A stretch of DNA of 62,934 nucleotides, filler included, from Lenisia limosa (taxonomy: Eukaryota; Protista; Breviatea): assembly GCA_001655205.1 (NCBI GenBank). It is 14 parts of 14 records of this genome, joined end to end, with 100 filler letters (N's around TTAATTAATTAA, not from the genome) between each part and the next. Parts side by side here need not be neighbours in the genome. Positions count along the whole stretch, not along the records: positions 1 to 4,697 come from LPNZ01011172.1; positions 4,798 to 6,819 come from LPNZ01005937.1; positions 6,920 to 10,187 come from LPNZ01004627.1; positions 10,288 to 15,110 come from LPNZ01002098.1; 10 more parts are not named here. One strand, 5' to 3'. Made by a program: the position numbers and the translations under genes. The notes beneath the pieces are model-generated. The model searched no databases, was not told the DNA's origin, and saw only the letters and a program-made list of their open reading frames with translations. This document shows positions 1-13,200 of this stretch, piece after piece (position 1 is the stretch's first letter; every line of letters starts with the position of its first letter).

Positions 1-432
1 ATATATAATATATATATATGTATGTATGTATGTACACACCAACAGGTTTTGTTATTGACAACCTGCAGAGCAAAACAGCATTCTCAAGACTCAGCAGCCA
101 GCCTAAGCCGCCAACGTCATCACCGAAGCCCCCTACTCAGCTTAGCAAGTTTGGCTGGTCTTTTCTTTGCTTCTTGAAAAGAATTGGTCCCATTATTACG
201 TTTTTTCATTAGTTTTTTTTTACCCCCCCCCCCCCNNNNNNNNNNNNNNNNNNNNNNNNNNNNNNNNNNNNNNNNNNNNNNNNNNNNNNNNNNNNNNNNN
301 NNNNNNNNNNNNNNNNNNNNNNNNNNNNNNNNNNNNNNNNNNNNNNNNNNNNNNNNNNNNNNNNNNNNNNNNNNNNNNNNNNNNNNNNNNNNNNNNNNNN
401 NNNNNNNNNNNNNNNNNNNNNNNNNNNNNNNC

Positions 433-668
433 TATCTTATTAGGCAAGTCCGCAGCTCCTGCCGCCCTCTCGGCCTTGATGGTACCTCAAATCCCTGAGT
501 TGGTTGAAAATTAACATTCGTATTACAGAAATACCGACAGTCATCGTTCATCACTTTGCAGAGTAGCCACAGAAAAGGAACACATTGCACCAGGCTCAGC
601 GCATGCCGTCATGACGTCATGGAACCAGGCTGTGGAACAAATCAGTGAACTTCGTGACTTGACTGGTA
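433..668 (+). CDS. Exon fragments of an unidentified multi-exon gene
   Basis: A 30-nt GT-AG intron (gttggttgaaa...attacag) joins ILLGKSAAPAALSALMVPQIPE to NTDSHRSSLCRVATEKEHIAPGSAHAVMTSWNQAVEQISELRDLT; no family recognised. Confidence 0.3.
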
Positions 669-1920
669 GGCTCTACCGGATTATTTAGGGTTTGATGCTG
701 GGGTAGCTATCAAAGCTGCCCATCTGTTTATTTGGATAGACAACCAAAACAAACATGACGGATTGGACGGCTTGAGACGTCACAGAGATCTCACCATGTA
801 GCCCACCTGCCGCCGTCGGACCGGTGCAAGATCCTATCAGCAGTTATGGAGGACATATCGCAGCTGAACGAGAGCGCCACGTCGTCCTACCCCATTGGAA
901 GAGCTGTGGTAGGAGGCGTGTCATGTTCATGCTGAGTTTAGAGTGATGACACCTCTCCTTTCCATCAGGGGGGAGGGGTATCTGTCCTAGGATTTGTTTT
1001 AAGAGAGGTTTTGTCCCGTCACCCCCCCCCCCCAGGNNNNNNNNNNNNNNNNNNNNNNNNNNNNNNNNNNNNNNNNNNNNNNNNNNNNNNNNNNNNNNNN
1101 NNNNNNNNNNNNNNNNNNGGTACAAAGCTAAAGGTTGGACGTGGCTTCATTGATTATTTATTTGACACAAAAACATGGTCAACTAAGTTTCTTCCTTGCA
1201 ATGAACTCTTTGAAAGTGACAGAATAGGCCCCCTCCCCTCGCCAAAGAAGGCCGTACCCCCGAAGAGAAAGAAATAGCTATAGTGCAGCCGCAAGGTTCC
1301 TGGACGTTAACGATACCCTATTTTTGTATTGAGAGACAACTTGGAAAACCAATATGTGCATACATTAAACTCCAGATCCATATGCATAATCGGACATCCA
1401 GTATTGGGAAAGAAACAAAATAACGAAAAAGGAAACAATTTATCATTAGTCAGAGTGGGACTTGGGGAGGAACACCCCCGGGATCCATGGAACGATATTC
1501 TCAGATAACCATGACAGCGCGGGGTCGGCCATTTCTCCGATGTACTCCATAGGGGCCTTGAGTTCCTAAAGTATCAGGCCTGCTGTTTACATAAACGTTT
1601 ACCCTCATACAAAGTTAAAACCATTTTCCACATAAAAAAAAAAAAAAAAAAATCATAAAAAAATCTGCCAATTAGAATACCCTATCAAAGGACACTTCAC
1701 TAAAACTGAGCAGTGGAATCTTGTGGAATTGCAACCCACCTCCTTGGCATAAAGCGCAGCGTTATCTACCATGGGTGCCATATTCTGGTCAACTCTAATT
1801 TGGTGAAGGTTTCAAGAATAACATCTTGATCAATTTCAATGTTTTTGAGAGTCCATACCGCTGAGGACAATTCAGATATGATATTCGCCTGAGCCTTTGG
1901 TGTGAGATGCCCCCCACCTA

Positions 1921-2043
1921 TGAGCAAACTCCAGAATCTGTCCTTGGACCCGCGGAAGAACTATATCCGATACAGCGTCGGCGGCACTGTTGAGATGGTC
2001 CGACAGAATGCTGCACACCGGGACCACCAGGTTACTTGACATC
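1921..2043 (-). CDS. Internal exon of an unidentified gene, directly after a family-A intron end
   Basis: On the minus strand a poly-C-AG acceptor is followed by an open frame (MSSNLVVPVCSILSDHLNSAADAVSDIVLPRVQGQILEFAH). Downstream splicing was not resolved. Confidence 0.35.
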
Positions 2044-2920
2044 TGGGGGGGGGGGGGGNNNNNNNNNNNNNNNNNNNNNNNNNNNNNNNNNNNNNNNNNN
2101 NNNNNNNNNNNNNNNNNNNNNNNNNNNNNNTGGCTGACAACACACGAGGGTTGATAACAACAAAACAAACAAAGTCCAGGCAGGTCACTTCTACAGCACT
2201 ACATCCCATCACTTCAGCGTACGTGAAGAAAGGAATTTAGCAGACTTAATATAAGAAGAGTTTGAGAAACAAAGTAACGTCCCACCTCTCCTCATTTTTG
2301 TATTCAAAAAACATAACGAAGCTGATTATATTCGCATAATGGCATTGAACAAAGAGCGACAAACCTCTACTGCCGGGATGGTTTGCGCGGTTTTAACCAA
2401 GTCCTCTGTAGCATTATGGGCGTGGCGCGAAACAACATTGACAGTTTCCAGCGGCCACTGAAGACGGTGATGCAATAACATCCGGGGCAACAAAGCGGGA
2501 ATGCCTGGAACAAAAGAAGAACTCTATTAGCCTCTCTAACCCAGTTAATGGTTTGAGGCGACCCTCATACCGAAGCTTCCTTTTTCTTAGTTCTCACGGA
2601 GTAGCCTCCAGCTGCCAGCATTGTGACCATGTCAATAGCCTCCTGCTCAGAATTGTACTCTACAGGATGAATGGCCTCATGGTTTCACTCTGCTCGATAA
2701 ATGGATGCCAAGATGAAATCTTGATGATAGGGTTAGCCGTTATTCCCTCCGCATACGCGTGTCTCGAGTGACCAGATCAGGTAGATCATCGTCCATATCT
2801 TTCAAAGCCTCCAGCGCCTCATTGATCTCCCTCAGCTTCTGGAAGTCTTCTTCAACTTTCACCCTGTTGAAATTAGAATTAGATTTCAGAACAATCTATC
2901 AGTATAAATGCGGACTGGTA

Positions 2921-3631
2921 TTATGAACAGGTTATTTTGATGGCCCACTTGAAGGAATCTGCATCTCCATTACTGTTTGGGACTGCTTCTTCTTCGTCGT
3001 TATCGTCATCCTGCTCAACAGCTACACTTTGTACATTTTCTGTTCTTGCTTGTGTTCCTTGTACACAAGCGTCATTAATTTCGTCGTTTTCTTTCTTATT
3101 TTCATCTTCTTCCACTTCCACTTCTTCTTCCACCTCCTTCTTTTCTTCTTCTTTAACCTCTTCTTCTTCCTTCTTTTCTTCTTCTTCCACCTCTTCTACT
3201 TCCTTCTTTTCTTCTTCTTCCACCTCTTCTTCCTTCTTCTTTTCTTCTTCTTCCACCTCTTCTTCTTCCTTCTTTTCTTCTTCTTCCACCTCTTCTTCTT
3301 TAACCTCTTCTTCTTTAACCTCTTCTTTCTTCTTTTCTTCTTCTTCCACCTTCTTTTCTTCTTCTTTAACCTCTTCTTTCTCCTTCTTTTCTTCTTCTTC
3401 TTCGCTCTTATCATCCACTTCTTCTTCTTCTTTTGTATCTTCCTTCTCTTCTGCCACTCCTTTGCCTTCTTCTTCTCTCTTTTCATCTTCACCTTCTTCC
3501 AGCTTGGCTATTCCTGAAGAAGGGGTACCAGGCTCAACATCACTCGAGTCCTCATTCGGTGATATTGTCTGAGTGATCACATCTCTTAGACTTAATGCAC
3601 CAGAAGGGGAGTAAGGCCACCAGAAAGACAG
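2921..3631 (-). CDS. Glu/Lys-rich low-complexity exon of an unidentified protein
   Basis: Long open frame of E/K/V repeats (EEEVEEEEKK) with an acceptor tttcaaag at about 3632. A probable downstream exon VKVEEDFQKLREINEALEALKDMDDDL lies near 2760-2865. Confidence 0.6.
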   Translation of the reverse strand: MSFWWPYSPSGALSLRDVITQTISPNEDSSDVEPGTPSSGIAKLEEGEDEKREEEGKGVAEEKEDTKEEEEVDDKSEEEEEKKEKEEVKEEEKKVEEEEKKKEEVKEEEVKEEEVEEEEKKEEEEVEEEEKKKEEEVEEEEKKEVEEVEEEEKKEEEEVKEEEKKEVEEEVEVEEDENKKENDEINDACVQGTQARTENVQSVAVEQDDDNDEEEAVPNSNGDADSFKWAIKITCS

Positions 3632-4697
3632 CTTTGAAAAAAAAAAATACAGTACAATTTTTATGAACGTAATATATAACATAACTATTACAATTGTTTA
3701 TTAATAAATTTGGATTAAAGCAGAGGTGAAAACAATGTGTATCTGGCCAAAGCCATCCGCATCATTACAGTCAAAAGAGATGGACTAATTATATGATATA
3801 TAGTAATAAGAAATAAAAAATAAGGTAGTATCTGACCGAAGCCGTCCACGCCATCACGCTTATAAGAGATATTGGATGATAGTAATANNNNNNNNNNNNN
3901 NNNNNNNNNNNNNNNNNNNNNNNNNNNNNNNNNNNNNNNNNNNNNNNNNNNNNNNNAGGTAGACCCTCCTAAATCCGTCTTATGCCACAGATTCAGGAGG
4001 CGCCAGAGAGTTAGAATTGCAGACATCAAAGGCTTTATAAAATAATATTATCGTAAATCTTGATAAATGAGAACAGATTACAATGGATCAAGAGTAGGAC
4101 TAGGTCTCAGGTGGAAGAGATAGACTATAGTACAAGGATTAGGTCATTTATACGGGAATATACACCTGCAAACTCTCCCAAGTAGGTCCTCCTAAACCCA
4201 TCTGATAATAGAAATGTGACGCAGTGTGTCATCTTTTACACATGCATACAGAGCAATATCATATGGCTAGCAACTGGTGTTGACAGTAAGGCGGGGTTAA
4301 AACAACTGGATCGACCCCACACTACCTGCCGGGGCTTTTCGGCCTGCTTTTGGCCATGACGGTTTCGGCGCTTTTTGTTTTTTGACGGGGCTGAAAAAAG
4401 TGAGTTCGACAATACCAAGATTGTCAAGTGCTGTCATGGAAAAAAAAGAAAAACAACAACAACAACAAAAAAAAAAGAAAAAAGAAATCTCAATGGTTGA
4501 GAAAGACTGTTTTATGCCAATAAAAAAAAGGCCTCATTCCTCAGGAAGGGAAAGGTAAAGGATTTCACCATTCATCGAAACACCACCATTTAACAATATG
4601 ACTACCGCACAAAAGGTCTAGTACTGCGGTTAATTCCTTTACTGCCTATATCAGATATTAGGCCATAAGTTCTCTATCACGGCCAAGGTTTCATCTG

Positions 4698-4797
4698 NNN
4701 NNNNNNNNNNNNNNNNNNNNNNNNNNNNNNNNNNNNNNNNNTTAATTAATTAANNNNNNNNNNNNNNNNNNNNNNNNNNNNNNNNNNNNNNNNNNNN
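4698..4797. other. Artificial scaffold linker (N-run/TTAATTAATTAA/N-run); first of 13
   Basis: The same 12-mer, with stops in all six frames and flanked by N runs, occurs at about 4742, 6864, 10232, 15155, 19250, 21644, 27901, 32100, 41386, 54043, 55494, 59208 and 61591. Sequence on either side of a linker is not necessarily adjacent in the genome. Confidence 0.97.
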
Positions 4798-6218
4798 TAT
4801 GTGATATGTATGGTTTTGAGCTGATTTGAACTGACCCTTCAGACCAACGAGGAGGTTGAACTCGTAGCAATTCAACAGGACTACGGCCATGACGCTTCAA
4901 TGCCGGGCTCTGCTTCAACTTAGGCCATTGCATACTTAGGCCATTTTTTTCCCTTATGCTTTAGTATTTCGATGTATTATGTTCAACATGAGGGCACTGG
5001 CATTAAAATTTATCGAGATTTCGAGACTTATCAAATATTCCGTTCTTATTATACCTCTAGAGCTGGGGTAGTGCAGTGTTGATCTTTAATTTGATTGAAC
5101 AAATTCGAAAAATGATCTAGAATACCACCCACATACATAAAACATTGATGAATGTGTTGTTGATATTTGAAGAGGGATAGAATTCGATAATTCATTTCAA
5201 TTGGTGCTTATGACAATTTCAATTTTTTCCTCAGCGTATCAGTTGCCCAATAATTTATCCAGGGTGGGAGGGAGGTGCAAGAAAAGCATACAGTTGTGCA
5301 CTGTTACAATTACAATATGGATAACCTGGAATACTGGAATCGAAGAAAACTATGTAGATATGTAATTTATATTTATATCAGGGGTAGTACTGTCAAACGC
5401 GTGAAAGAACATCAAAATCATGAAATTGAATTGAAGTGGGAGTTATGTCACTTATTCAGATCCTGACAAGATCCTGACTCCTGAGCAATTCAATTATATT
5501 CCGATTATCTTCAACCAAGGAGCCTTCATTCATGAAAATTAGTATTCCACCAGATTCCACCACCACCACTCTCCAAAACCCGGTTTCCACCATCCACCAT
5601 TGTTTTTGGCACAAACGTTGTAATATATACAAATCGTATACATATATATAATAATTAGACCTAATATTTGAACCTAGTAAGTACCTAATTACATAACTAC
5701 ACATATGTAGCTGAAACTCTCTACTACTCAATAACTCAACTGTGACTGCTGTGACTCAATCGAAAGGACTCAATGTCCAATGTCCAACTCTACCGCCAAT
5801 TTTTTTTTTTTTTTTTTTTTTTTNNNNNNNNNNNNNNNNNNNNNNNNNNNNNNNNNNNNNNNNNNNNNNNNNNNNNNNNNTATTCAAATGACTGGCGGAA
5901 TACTACTATTCATGAGTGGAGGCCCCCTGTATTCTCACTAAATTTATATTGTTATATTGTTATCTGATTATAATTCTCGTTGCGCGCTTGAGCGCTTCGA
6001 TTTACTTTGCAGAAAATTCTTCGCGGCCGGGTTTTCTTTCTCGATTTTTTTTGCGAAGTACCAGTACGAGGGTTATAAACTGTAAGCGTCAAGTAACCGT
6101 CGTATTTATTTAGTACAAAGACGTAAAGACGGAGTCTGTCACCGAGACTTGCTGCTAGAACTCAAACAAATTAGTAATTATCTCCTTCACCCGATCCATC
6201 CTTTGGTAGAAGATCAAG

Positions 6219-6583
6219 ATGTCGGATGGCAAGTTTTTTGAATCATCAAAGAGGAGTAGGCGAGTTTAGAGGGTTTCTGTTATTGTTTCACCAAAACCAG
6301 GCGAGCTCCAATCCCTCATCGATGAGCTTGATTCTGTTGATATTAACAAGCAAAAAGAAGGAATGAAGAAGACCATTGCTGCCATGACCGTTGGCAAAGA
6401 TGTAAGGACCCTGATACGCTGTCATTTCTGACAATTTTTCAGGTTTCCAAACTCTTTACTTCGGTTTTGAAATGTATGCAGACCTCCAATGTTGAGCTGA
6501 AGAAGCTTGTGTACCTGTATTTGATGAATTACGCCAAGCTGAAGCCCGATCTTGTTGTTCTTGCTGTCAACTCATTCGTGAAG
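6219..6583 (+). CDS. AP1B1/AP2B1: AP-1/AP-2 complex beta subunit (beta-adaptin), N-terminal three exons, truncated by scaffold end
   Basis: Exons 6219-6255, 6301-6401 and 6443-6583 (introns 45 and 41 nt, GT-AG) give [24 protein letters not shown]...[59 protein letters not shown], the beta-adaptin N-terminus. Confidence 0.95.
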
Positions 6584-9500
6584 GTTGGTCCGATCGTGAT
6601 GCGCTGTGATGGTCTGATTGGTTAATCTTGGTGTGTGTGTAATAAATTACATATTTTCATCACTGTTAAAAGCGACGGATTTGAAGACTCTCACAATCCC
6701 CTTATTGTCACCTTTTTCAATCCTTAAATTTCCCGCTTCCTCTTCATAATACTAAAACTCCACTCACACCCATCCTCTTTATGACCCCAACTTCATGATA
6801 CAATCTTCATCCCCCCCCCNNNNNNNNNNNNNNNNNNNNNNNNNNNNNNNNNNNNNNNNNNNNTTAATTAATTAANNNNNNNNNNNNNNNNNNNNNNNNN
6901 NNNNNNNNNNNNNNNNNNNTTCAGAGAAGAAAACACAGCATCACCGTTTTGATTCAGCTTGAAGGAGAGAGTATTCCTTAATATCCATCAGAAGGAAAGA
7001 ATCTTCCTAAAGATACGATGCGAGATGGTTAAAAATATAAATAAAAATATAACAAAAAAAAAAGTACCTAAAGAGCGATAAAAAGTGAAGATACTCCTTC
7101 AACCCTTGTATGTTGTCAGCCAACAGTGTTGATTTTTTTTGTTTTGGGTTTTTTTATTTCATAAATTGTCCAATTTCACCCTCCAAATCCCCCACCTAGG
7201 GCTTCACTCCGGTTCGAAAAAAGACTGAATTAATCGATAAAATCTCGAAAACTATCGACATTTTACCGGCCTTTTTTGTACCGAAGTGAAGTCCTCTACC
7301 TCTATGATGAGCAAGATGACCCCTATGATAGCGATGATAACGAGATTCTTTCATACCAATAGGGCCTCTATGGAAACTAAAAAACAAGGAAACCAACACC
7401 CCTCCCAATCTAGGCACAGCGTTAGTCCCCCCGTTTCTTGGCCGCTGAGGGTTGGAAACTATTTCGATACAAATATTCAACGACTTTTCTTCATAAATCC
7501 CCCAAAATCAGTTCAATTGGTCTCCTTTAACACCTTTTCTTGAGGCAAAGTCGTCGAACTTTTTCGGTTCCAACATTGCCAACCCCTGCGCCCCCCCCCC
7601 CNNNNNNNNNNNNNNNNNNNNNNNNNNNNNNNNNNNNNNNNNNNNNNNNNNNNNNNNNNNNNNNNNNNNNNNNNNNNNNNNNNNNNNNACTTGGCATCTT
7701 CGCTGATCTGAGAAAGTTAAATATTAAGAAATGAGAAATAAAAAATAAACAAAAAAAAAGGTATTGCCGGACCGAAGCCGTCCACACCATCAAATTCATG
7801 TGTCGGATACAATGATGACACGATAAATCCTGATACTGATATCATATGTACAGATATAATAGCAATGAGAAATAAAACAAGGTTGTATCTGCCCGAATCC
7901 GTCAACATCACGCTTATCAGAGATATTGGATTACAGTAAATATTATACATGTTTACACCTTTGATAGAGACTTGTAAAATTTAAGATTAGGCTCTGGATA
8001 TCTCTATATGCACATGATATCTGATATGATATATACATGATATATATACTGAAATTGGGTTGACCGATTTTTACTTAGGATTACTCAAATCGGTCAAGAC
8101 CAGTCACTGTGTATACATACATATCAGAGGACGAAGAGACAAAGAAGATAGAGGCAAACCCACATACATATCTTTTTCACCTCTCCAAATATTAAACCAA
8201 TCGGTCAAAAAATGTTTCCTTGTCTTTTCTTAGTTTTCTAATGAAGCAATGAATTTCAAATACTCTGTACCCTGGACGATCCCTAGGACTTCGGGCTGAA
8301 GGCTGGCTGAAGGGTATTTCGGGAAATTTCAAACAGTTTTATATTGTATTAGTTGCATTAGTTGCACATGCTACTACAAATTCTGCAATTGAATTTGCCA
8401 AGGTTTTTACAGTAAAACATTTTGTCCAACAGTACCGCTACTAATATATTACTCTCCACTGTTTTATTGAATTTTTTCTTCAATAGAATGCCATCAATGT
8501 ACGCAACCGGTGATTTGGCGTGGGATTCCTGTTATATCATGAAGAAGAAATTTGTGGGAATGCCAACTACTACAAGCGAATCCCAAGTCCATGCGCCGTT
8601 GTGGCGAATCCATTATTTCTTCGGATTTCAACGATGAGAGATGATAACATGTATGAAACATATGAGCCGAAATTTTCCAGTAGCATTCATAACAATAAAT
8701 ATAAGAAAGAAATAAGCCAATACCATAACAACGTCCACGCCAATTGTCGAGCAAACTAGTCAGTCGTATCTGTTCGCGTTTCATCCAGGTCTTCACAATA
8801 GCCCTCGGGCATAAGACTAGCGAAGGACGTCATAAATTCCAGACGAGAGAGTTGATCTACAACCATTGCTACNNNNNNNNNNNNNNNNNNNNNNNNNNNN
8901 NNNNNNNNNNNNNNNNNNNNNNNNNNNNNNNNNNNNNNNNNNNNNNNNNNNNNNNNNNNNNNNNNNNNNNNNNNNNNNNNNNNNNNNNNNNNNNNNNNNN
9001 NNNNNNNNNNNNNNNNNNNCTCAAGCCAGCTTCTGCAGAACCGCATCACTCCAGCGAATATGATATTTCGGTGAGTGATACCCTCTCCCGTATACACTCA
9101 AGAATTGTAATCTTTATCCACATCTCTCAACAAGGTTTGAGTGATACCCCCTCTCCCGGGATACCTGGAGGAGGAGCGCTCTGAACTACCGGACCGATGG
9201 GAGTCAACACACTGAAGGCCGGTTCCTCTGTCGGGATCTGTGTGTGTCAACTTGGGATTTACGTACATGTACATATAATATAGTGACCGGGATAAGTCTT
9301 GACCTATTTACTCCATGATTTCCAAAGGAATATCGGTCAAGGATTGTTCCATTCACTGAATGTATATTTGATAACTTCGTGATTAGAGTGCATTAACTGA
9401 TCATTTCAATTATAATTGTAACACCCATGATTGGAGTGGTGCCCGCAGTAGACAGAACCATGAACTTATTCTTATTGTTATTGGACATATCCTATAATAT

Positions 9501-9776
9501 AATTAGGGCTTCGTGCAATTAATTGATAAAATATTTGAAATTTTTTAAGTGCGACACATTGTAATGTAAACTCAATTTCAGACTCTTTAAATTCAGATTT
9601 TGTTGATTAATTACCTTAAACAATAAATTTCTTGGAGCCCTAAATATAATAATGCATATAGCTAGATATATATATAGACATAAATACCGCCCCCCTTCCT
9701 ATTATACCTTAACACCCCTCTCTTCTTTTCCTTTTCATCATCACCCTCTACCCCCTTCTTTTGTTTCTTCACTTCC

Positions 9777-10187
9777 TCAACCTTGTAAACCCACAATAGA
9801 AGTGGTGTGCGGATTGGGGAACTTCGACTGAACCAGGGCTTTTTGGTCGTGGAGCGGCAGGACGTGCGATGCGTCAGGTAAATCATTGGGAACTGCAGGG
9901 GACGTTGAATCCACTGGTTGGGCTTCTACTATCTGGGCAGGGTGTTAGGTGTGTGTGCGTAATATAATATATATTATATAGAAGTTTATTACCACTAGAG
10001 CTTCGGTTCGAAAAAAGACTGAATTTTCCGATAAATCCTCGAAAACTATCGATATTTTACCAGACTTTTTTGAACCGAAGTGAAGCCGTAATACCGCTCC
10101 CACCTGTGCATCAGGGAGGGGTCGGAGCAGCGCGGGGAGGTTCATCTCATTGAGGGAGTACAGGAGACGGGGCATTGTGGGATATCC
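9777..10187 (-). CDS. Last two exons of an unidentified gene
   Basis: GYPTMPRLLYSLNEMNLPALLRPLPDAQ splices across a MITE-containing GT-AG intron to IVEAQPVDSTSPAVPNDLPDASHVLPLHDQKALVQSKFPNPHTTSIVGLQG, then TGA. Confidence 0.5.
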
Positions 10188-10287
10188 NNNNNNNNNNNNN
10201 NNNNNNNNNNNNNNNNNNNNNNNNNNNNNNNTTAATTAATTAANNNNNNNNNNNNNNNNNNNNNNNNNNNNNNNNNNNNNNNNNNNN

Positions 10288-13200
10288 CGAGGTCGTCAAC
10301 ACGGTGGTTGGCGGTCTCCAAACGCGATCGCATTTCACTTGTTTTCTCCTCCGCATTCTAGGGGGTTAACATTGCTGGAACAATAGAGACTCAAGTCCAA
10401 AACTGACCTGTAACGAGTCTTTGAGTTTTTTGATATCATTTTGCATGGAAAGCGCCTCAGATCGTAGATCGCCAAGTTCGCTGGACAGGTCCGCGGCCCG
10501 GGATTGGCTTTCATCCCTCTGATGCTCGACATCATTGAGGTCCTCGCGAACTTGCACCATATTGTTACGCTCAGCATCAAGCTCTGCACGCGCCTCGTTT
10601 AGGCGTGACCGCGCAACGCTGGCCTCCGTCTCGGCAAGAATGACTTGCTCCTCGAGCTCTTCGCACCGGGCTTCGGAAGTGGAAATCAGTTCCGACAGCC
10701 GCAGAACCTCTTCCGATAGTTCGTCGAGGCCGGCCTGGGACTCCATCAGTCTTTCCTCCAGTTCAGCGCGGTCGATGTCAAGAGCATCCGTGTCGGCTTG
10801 GGCACCTAGGGGGGGGGGTGAGAAATGCCATGTTGTAATTGTAATAACATGGGCTTCCCTACGGTCCCAAAAAAGACTGATTTTCTCGACAAATCCGATA
10901 AATAAATATCGATATTTTACCGGTCTTTTTCGGACCGTTGGGAAGCCCTAGTAATAACGCCCCCCCCCCCTCACCCAGCAGAGACGAATGCATGTGGTCA
11001 GCCTCGGCACGTGACTGGTCGGCTGTGGCGCGGGCGTCGTCCAAGTCGGCCTCAAGAAGGTCTATCTGCTCTTCAAGTGATACGCAGGTTTGCTCGGCCT
11101 TGAGTTTGAGCGACTCGATACGCCGGCGCTCATCACGTGCGGCATCGCGGGCGGCCAAGGCTTGGTCACGTGCTCCCTCCATTTCCGAGTTCAGATCATT
11201 GAGATCGTCAACCTCGGTTTGCAACCGGGCCATCTCAATTTCGGCCTTCCGGATCTCATCCCGGGCCACGATATTGGTGTTGTGGCAGTCACGTAACTCG
11301 GTTTGGACGGTGCGGGCTCTGGCTTCGGCCTCCAAAACGGCAGCATTGGCGCTGAGCGTGGCAGACTGCGCGTCAGAAAGGTCCTGTTCGTGCTTTTCAC
11401 GGGCATGCTTGAGTTCGTCAATCTGGGCCGACATTTCGGCGTTGGCAGCCTTCATCTCACCAAGCTTGACCTCAGCATCGCGCAGCTCATCCAACGTGAT
11501 GGTGTGGTTCTTGAGGGCGGTGGCGCGGGCTTGTTGCGCCTCTTCCGCACGCTTGTCGAAGCGACGTACTTCCTCCTGCGCCCATTTCCTCGCGTCACGC
11601 GCCTGGATATCGGCAAGTTCCTGCAGGGACTTGACGCGGGCCATGGCTTCATCCTCCATGTCGGCCCGCTCGGCTTCCGTCTTCTCGCCGATCACGGTGA
11701 TCTCTTCTTCGGTGCGGCGGATCATGTCTTGGATCTCCTGCTGGTAGCGCTCGAGGGCCATGTCACGCTCACGCTCATGCCTCGCGCACAGCCTCTCAAT
11801 CTCGTCGTCGTGCCTCTGGTTGAGAGCGGCAATGTCAGCCTCGTGGGCCTCGCGGTCGATGGCCTGCTGCTGCCGCGTCTATATGCGTCATATTGCTATC
11901 ATAGTAACAAGGAGTAACAAAACGCGAAACCAACCATGTCGCGGGCAATTTCATCCAATTTGGCTCGGAGGTCAGCAAGAGCTACCTCTTGTCTGGATTC
12001 CGCTTCTTGCTCCTTAGCCGCCGCAAGCTGGAAAGTCAAACACGGTAAGAACACAATAAGTCAATTCAATTCAATGAAATAATGTCAGTTACAAAGCCCA
12101 CCTCGTTGGCGTGTTTCTGCTGTTGAAGAAGTTCCTTTTCAAACTGCAGGCGGGAGGAAGTGAGGTTGGCTTCCATGTCCGTCGCTGTGGTCTGAGCCTG
12201 ACTGACAGCCTTCTCCATTTCGGCCTTGGCTGTCTCAAGTTCGCGTTGCAAGTCCGCCTTCAGGGCCTCTGCATCGGCTCGGAGGGCGGCCTTGCCGTCT
12301 TCAATCATCCGTTCTGCCTCCTCCTCACTGGCTTGGCGTTGGCGCACAATCTCCTCTTCGTTGCGTTCGCGCTCAGCCTCCACGTCAGTAATGCGGGCTT
12401 CAGCCTCGCGGACCGCCCTGTTCTTCCCATCTTCTGCCTCAGAGGCTCGGAGTGTGGCTTCCTCAACTGTTTTCTTGAGCTGCTCTACTGATGATGTCAG
12501 TGCTACAACTTGCTTGTTGGTGTCGGATAATTTCCTTGCTGTAACCGCTTCCTTCCGAGTTGCTTCCGATAGTTTACTGTCGGTTCTTCTCTGAGCAACA
12601 CCCGCCTTTTCTAACTGATCTCGAGATCGCGAGTCAGCGGACTTGAGTTTTCGGATTTCAGCCTCGAATGCGCGAAGAGAGTTACCTGGACTGTGAGAAG
12701 GGTCTGGATAAGGCTTCACTTCCTAAAAAGGAGAAATAATTACGATAATAAGATGAACCTTTCAATGATGGCCAAGTACCCCATACTTTGGGCTATGGCA
12801 GTTGCCTTTGAAGAATTGGCCTCAGATTTGGCCTTAGTGGCAGCCTTCTCAGAGGCAGCCAGCTTGGACTGTGTGGTCTTGAGCGTGGCTTGCGTTTGTC
12901 TGTTCAGAGTCTCTGATGCCTATAGTGTCACTCATTAACATATAATGAATGGCAAGACAAGGGGCAAATCAGAAAAGAAAACTTATAATTAATTTATGTT
13001 AATCGTAAAATAACAAAAGCCAGACCATGAGTGCAGTATTCAGCTCCTGTGAGTGCTCTTCATGTCTTGCGCGTTCGGATTCGGCTGCCTGTTTGGTCAA
13101 AACTGTTCTTCAATAATTCGGATTACAACATAGTACATAACAGGAGATTCTTTTCTGTCCGCAGACTCTCAGCTTTTCTTCCAAGTCGGACTTTTTGTCG

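Noticed and set aside
2640-2700. Alternative genetic code (TGA=Trp or TAG=Gln), suggested by in-frame stops in trial splices here and near 16690, 17160 and 29345
   Set aside because: Confidently identified genes use TGG for every Trp (eIF4E, cyclase, GW protein) and CAA/CAG for many Gln (coiled-coil and Cys-rich ORFs), and they end in TAA, TAG or TGA. The stops are better explained by my mis-splicing.
2937-3572. Poly-Ser/Phe/Leu ORFs opposite E/K-rich exons (also 20450-21372, 10938-11917, 51296-52088)
   Set aside because: They are antisense or off-frame shadows of low-complexity or repetitive coding sequence.
4742-4753. Recurrent palindrome TTAATTAATTAA as a biological motif
   Set aside because: It is always centred in an N block of about 100 nt; it is a six-frame-stop concatenation linker.
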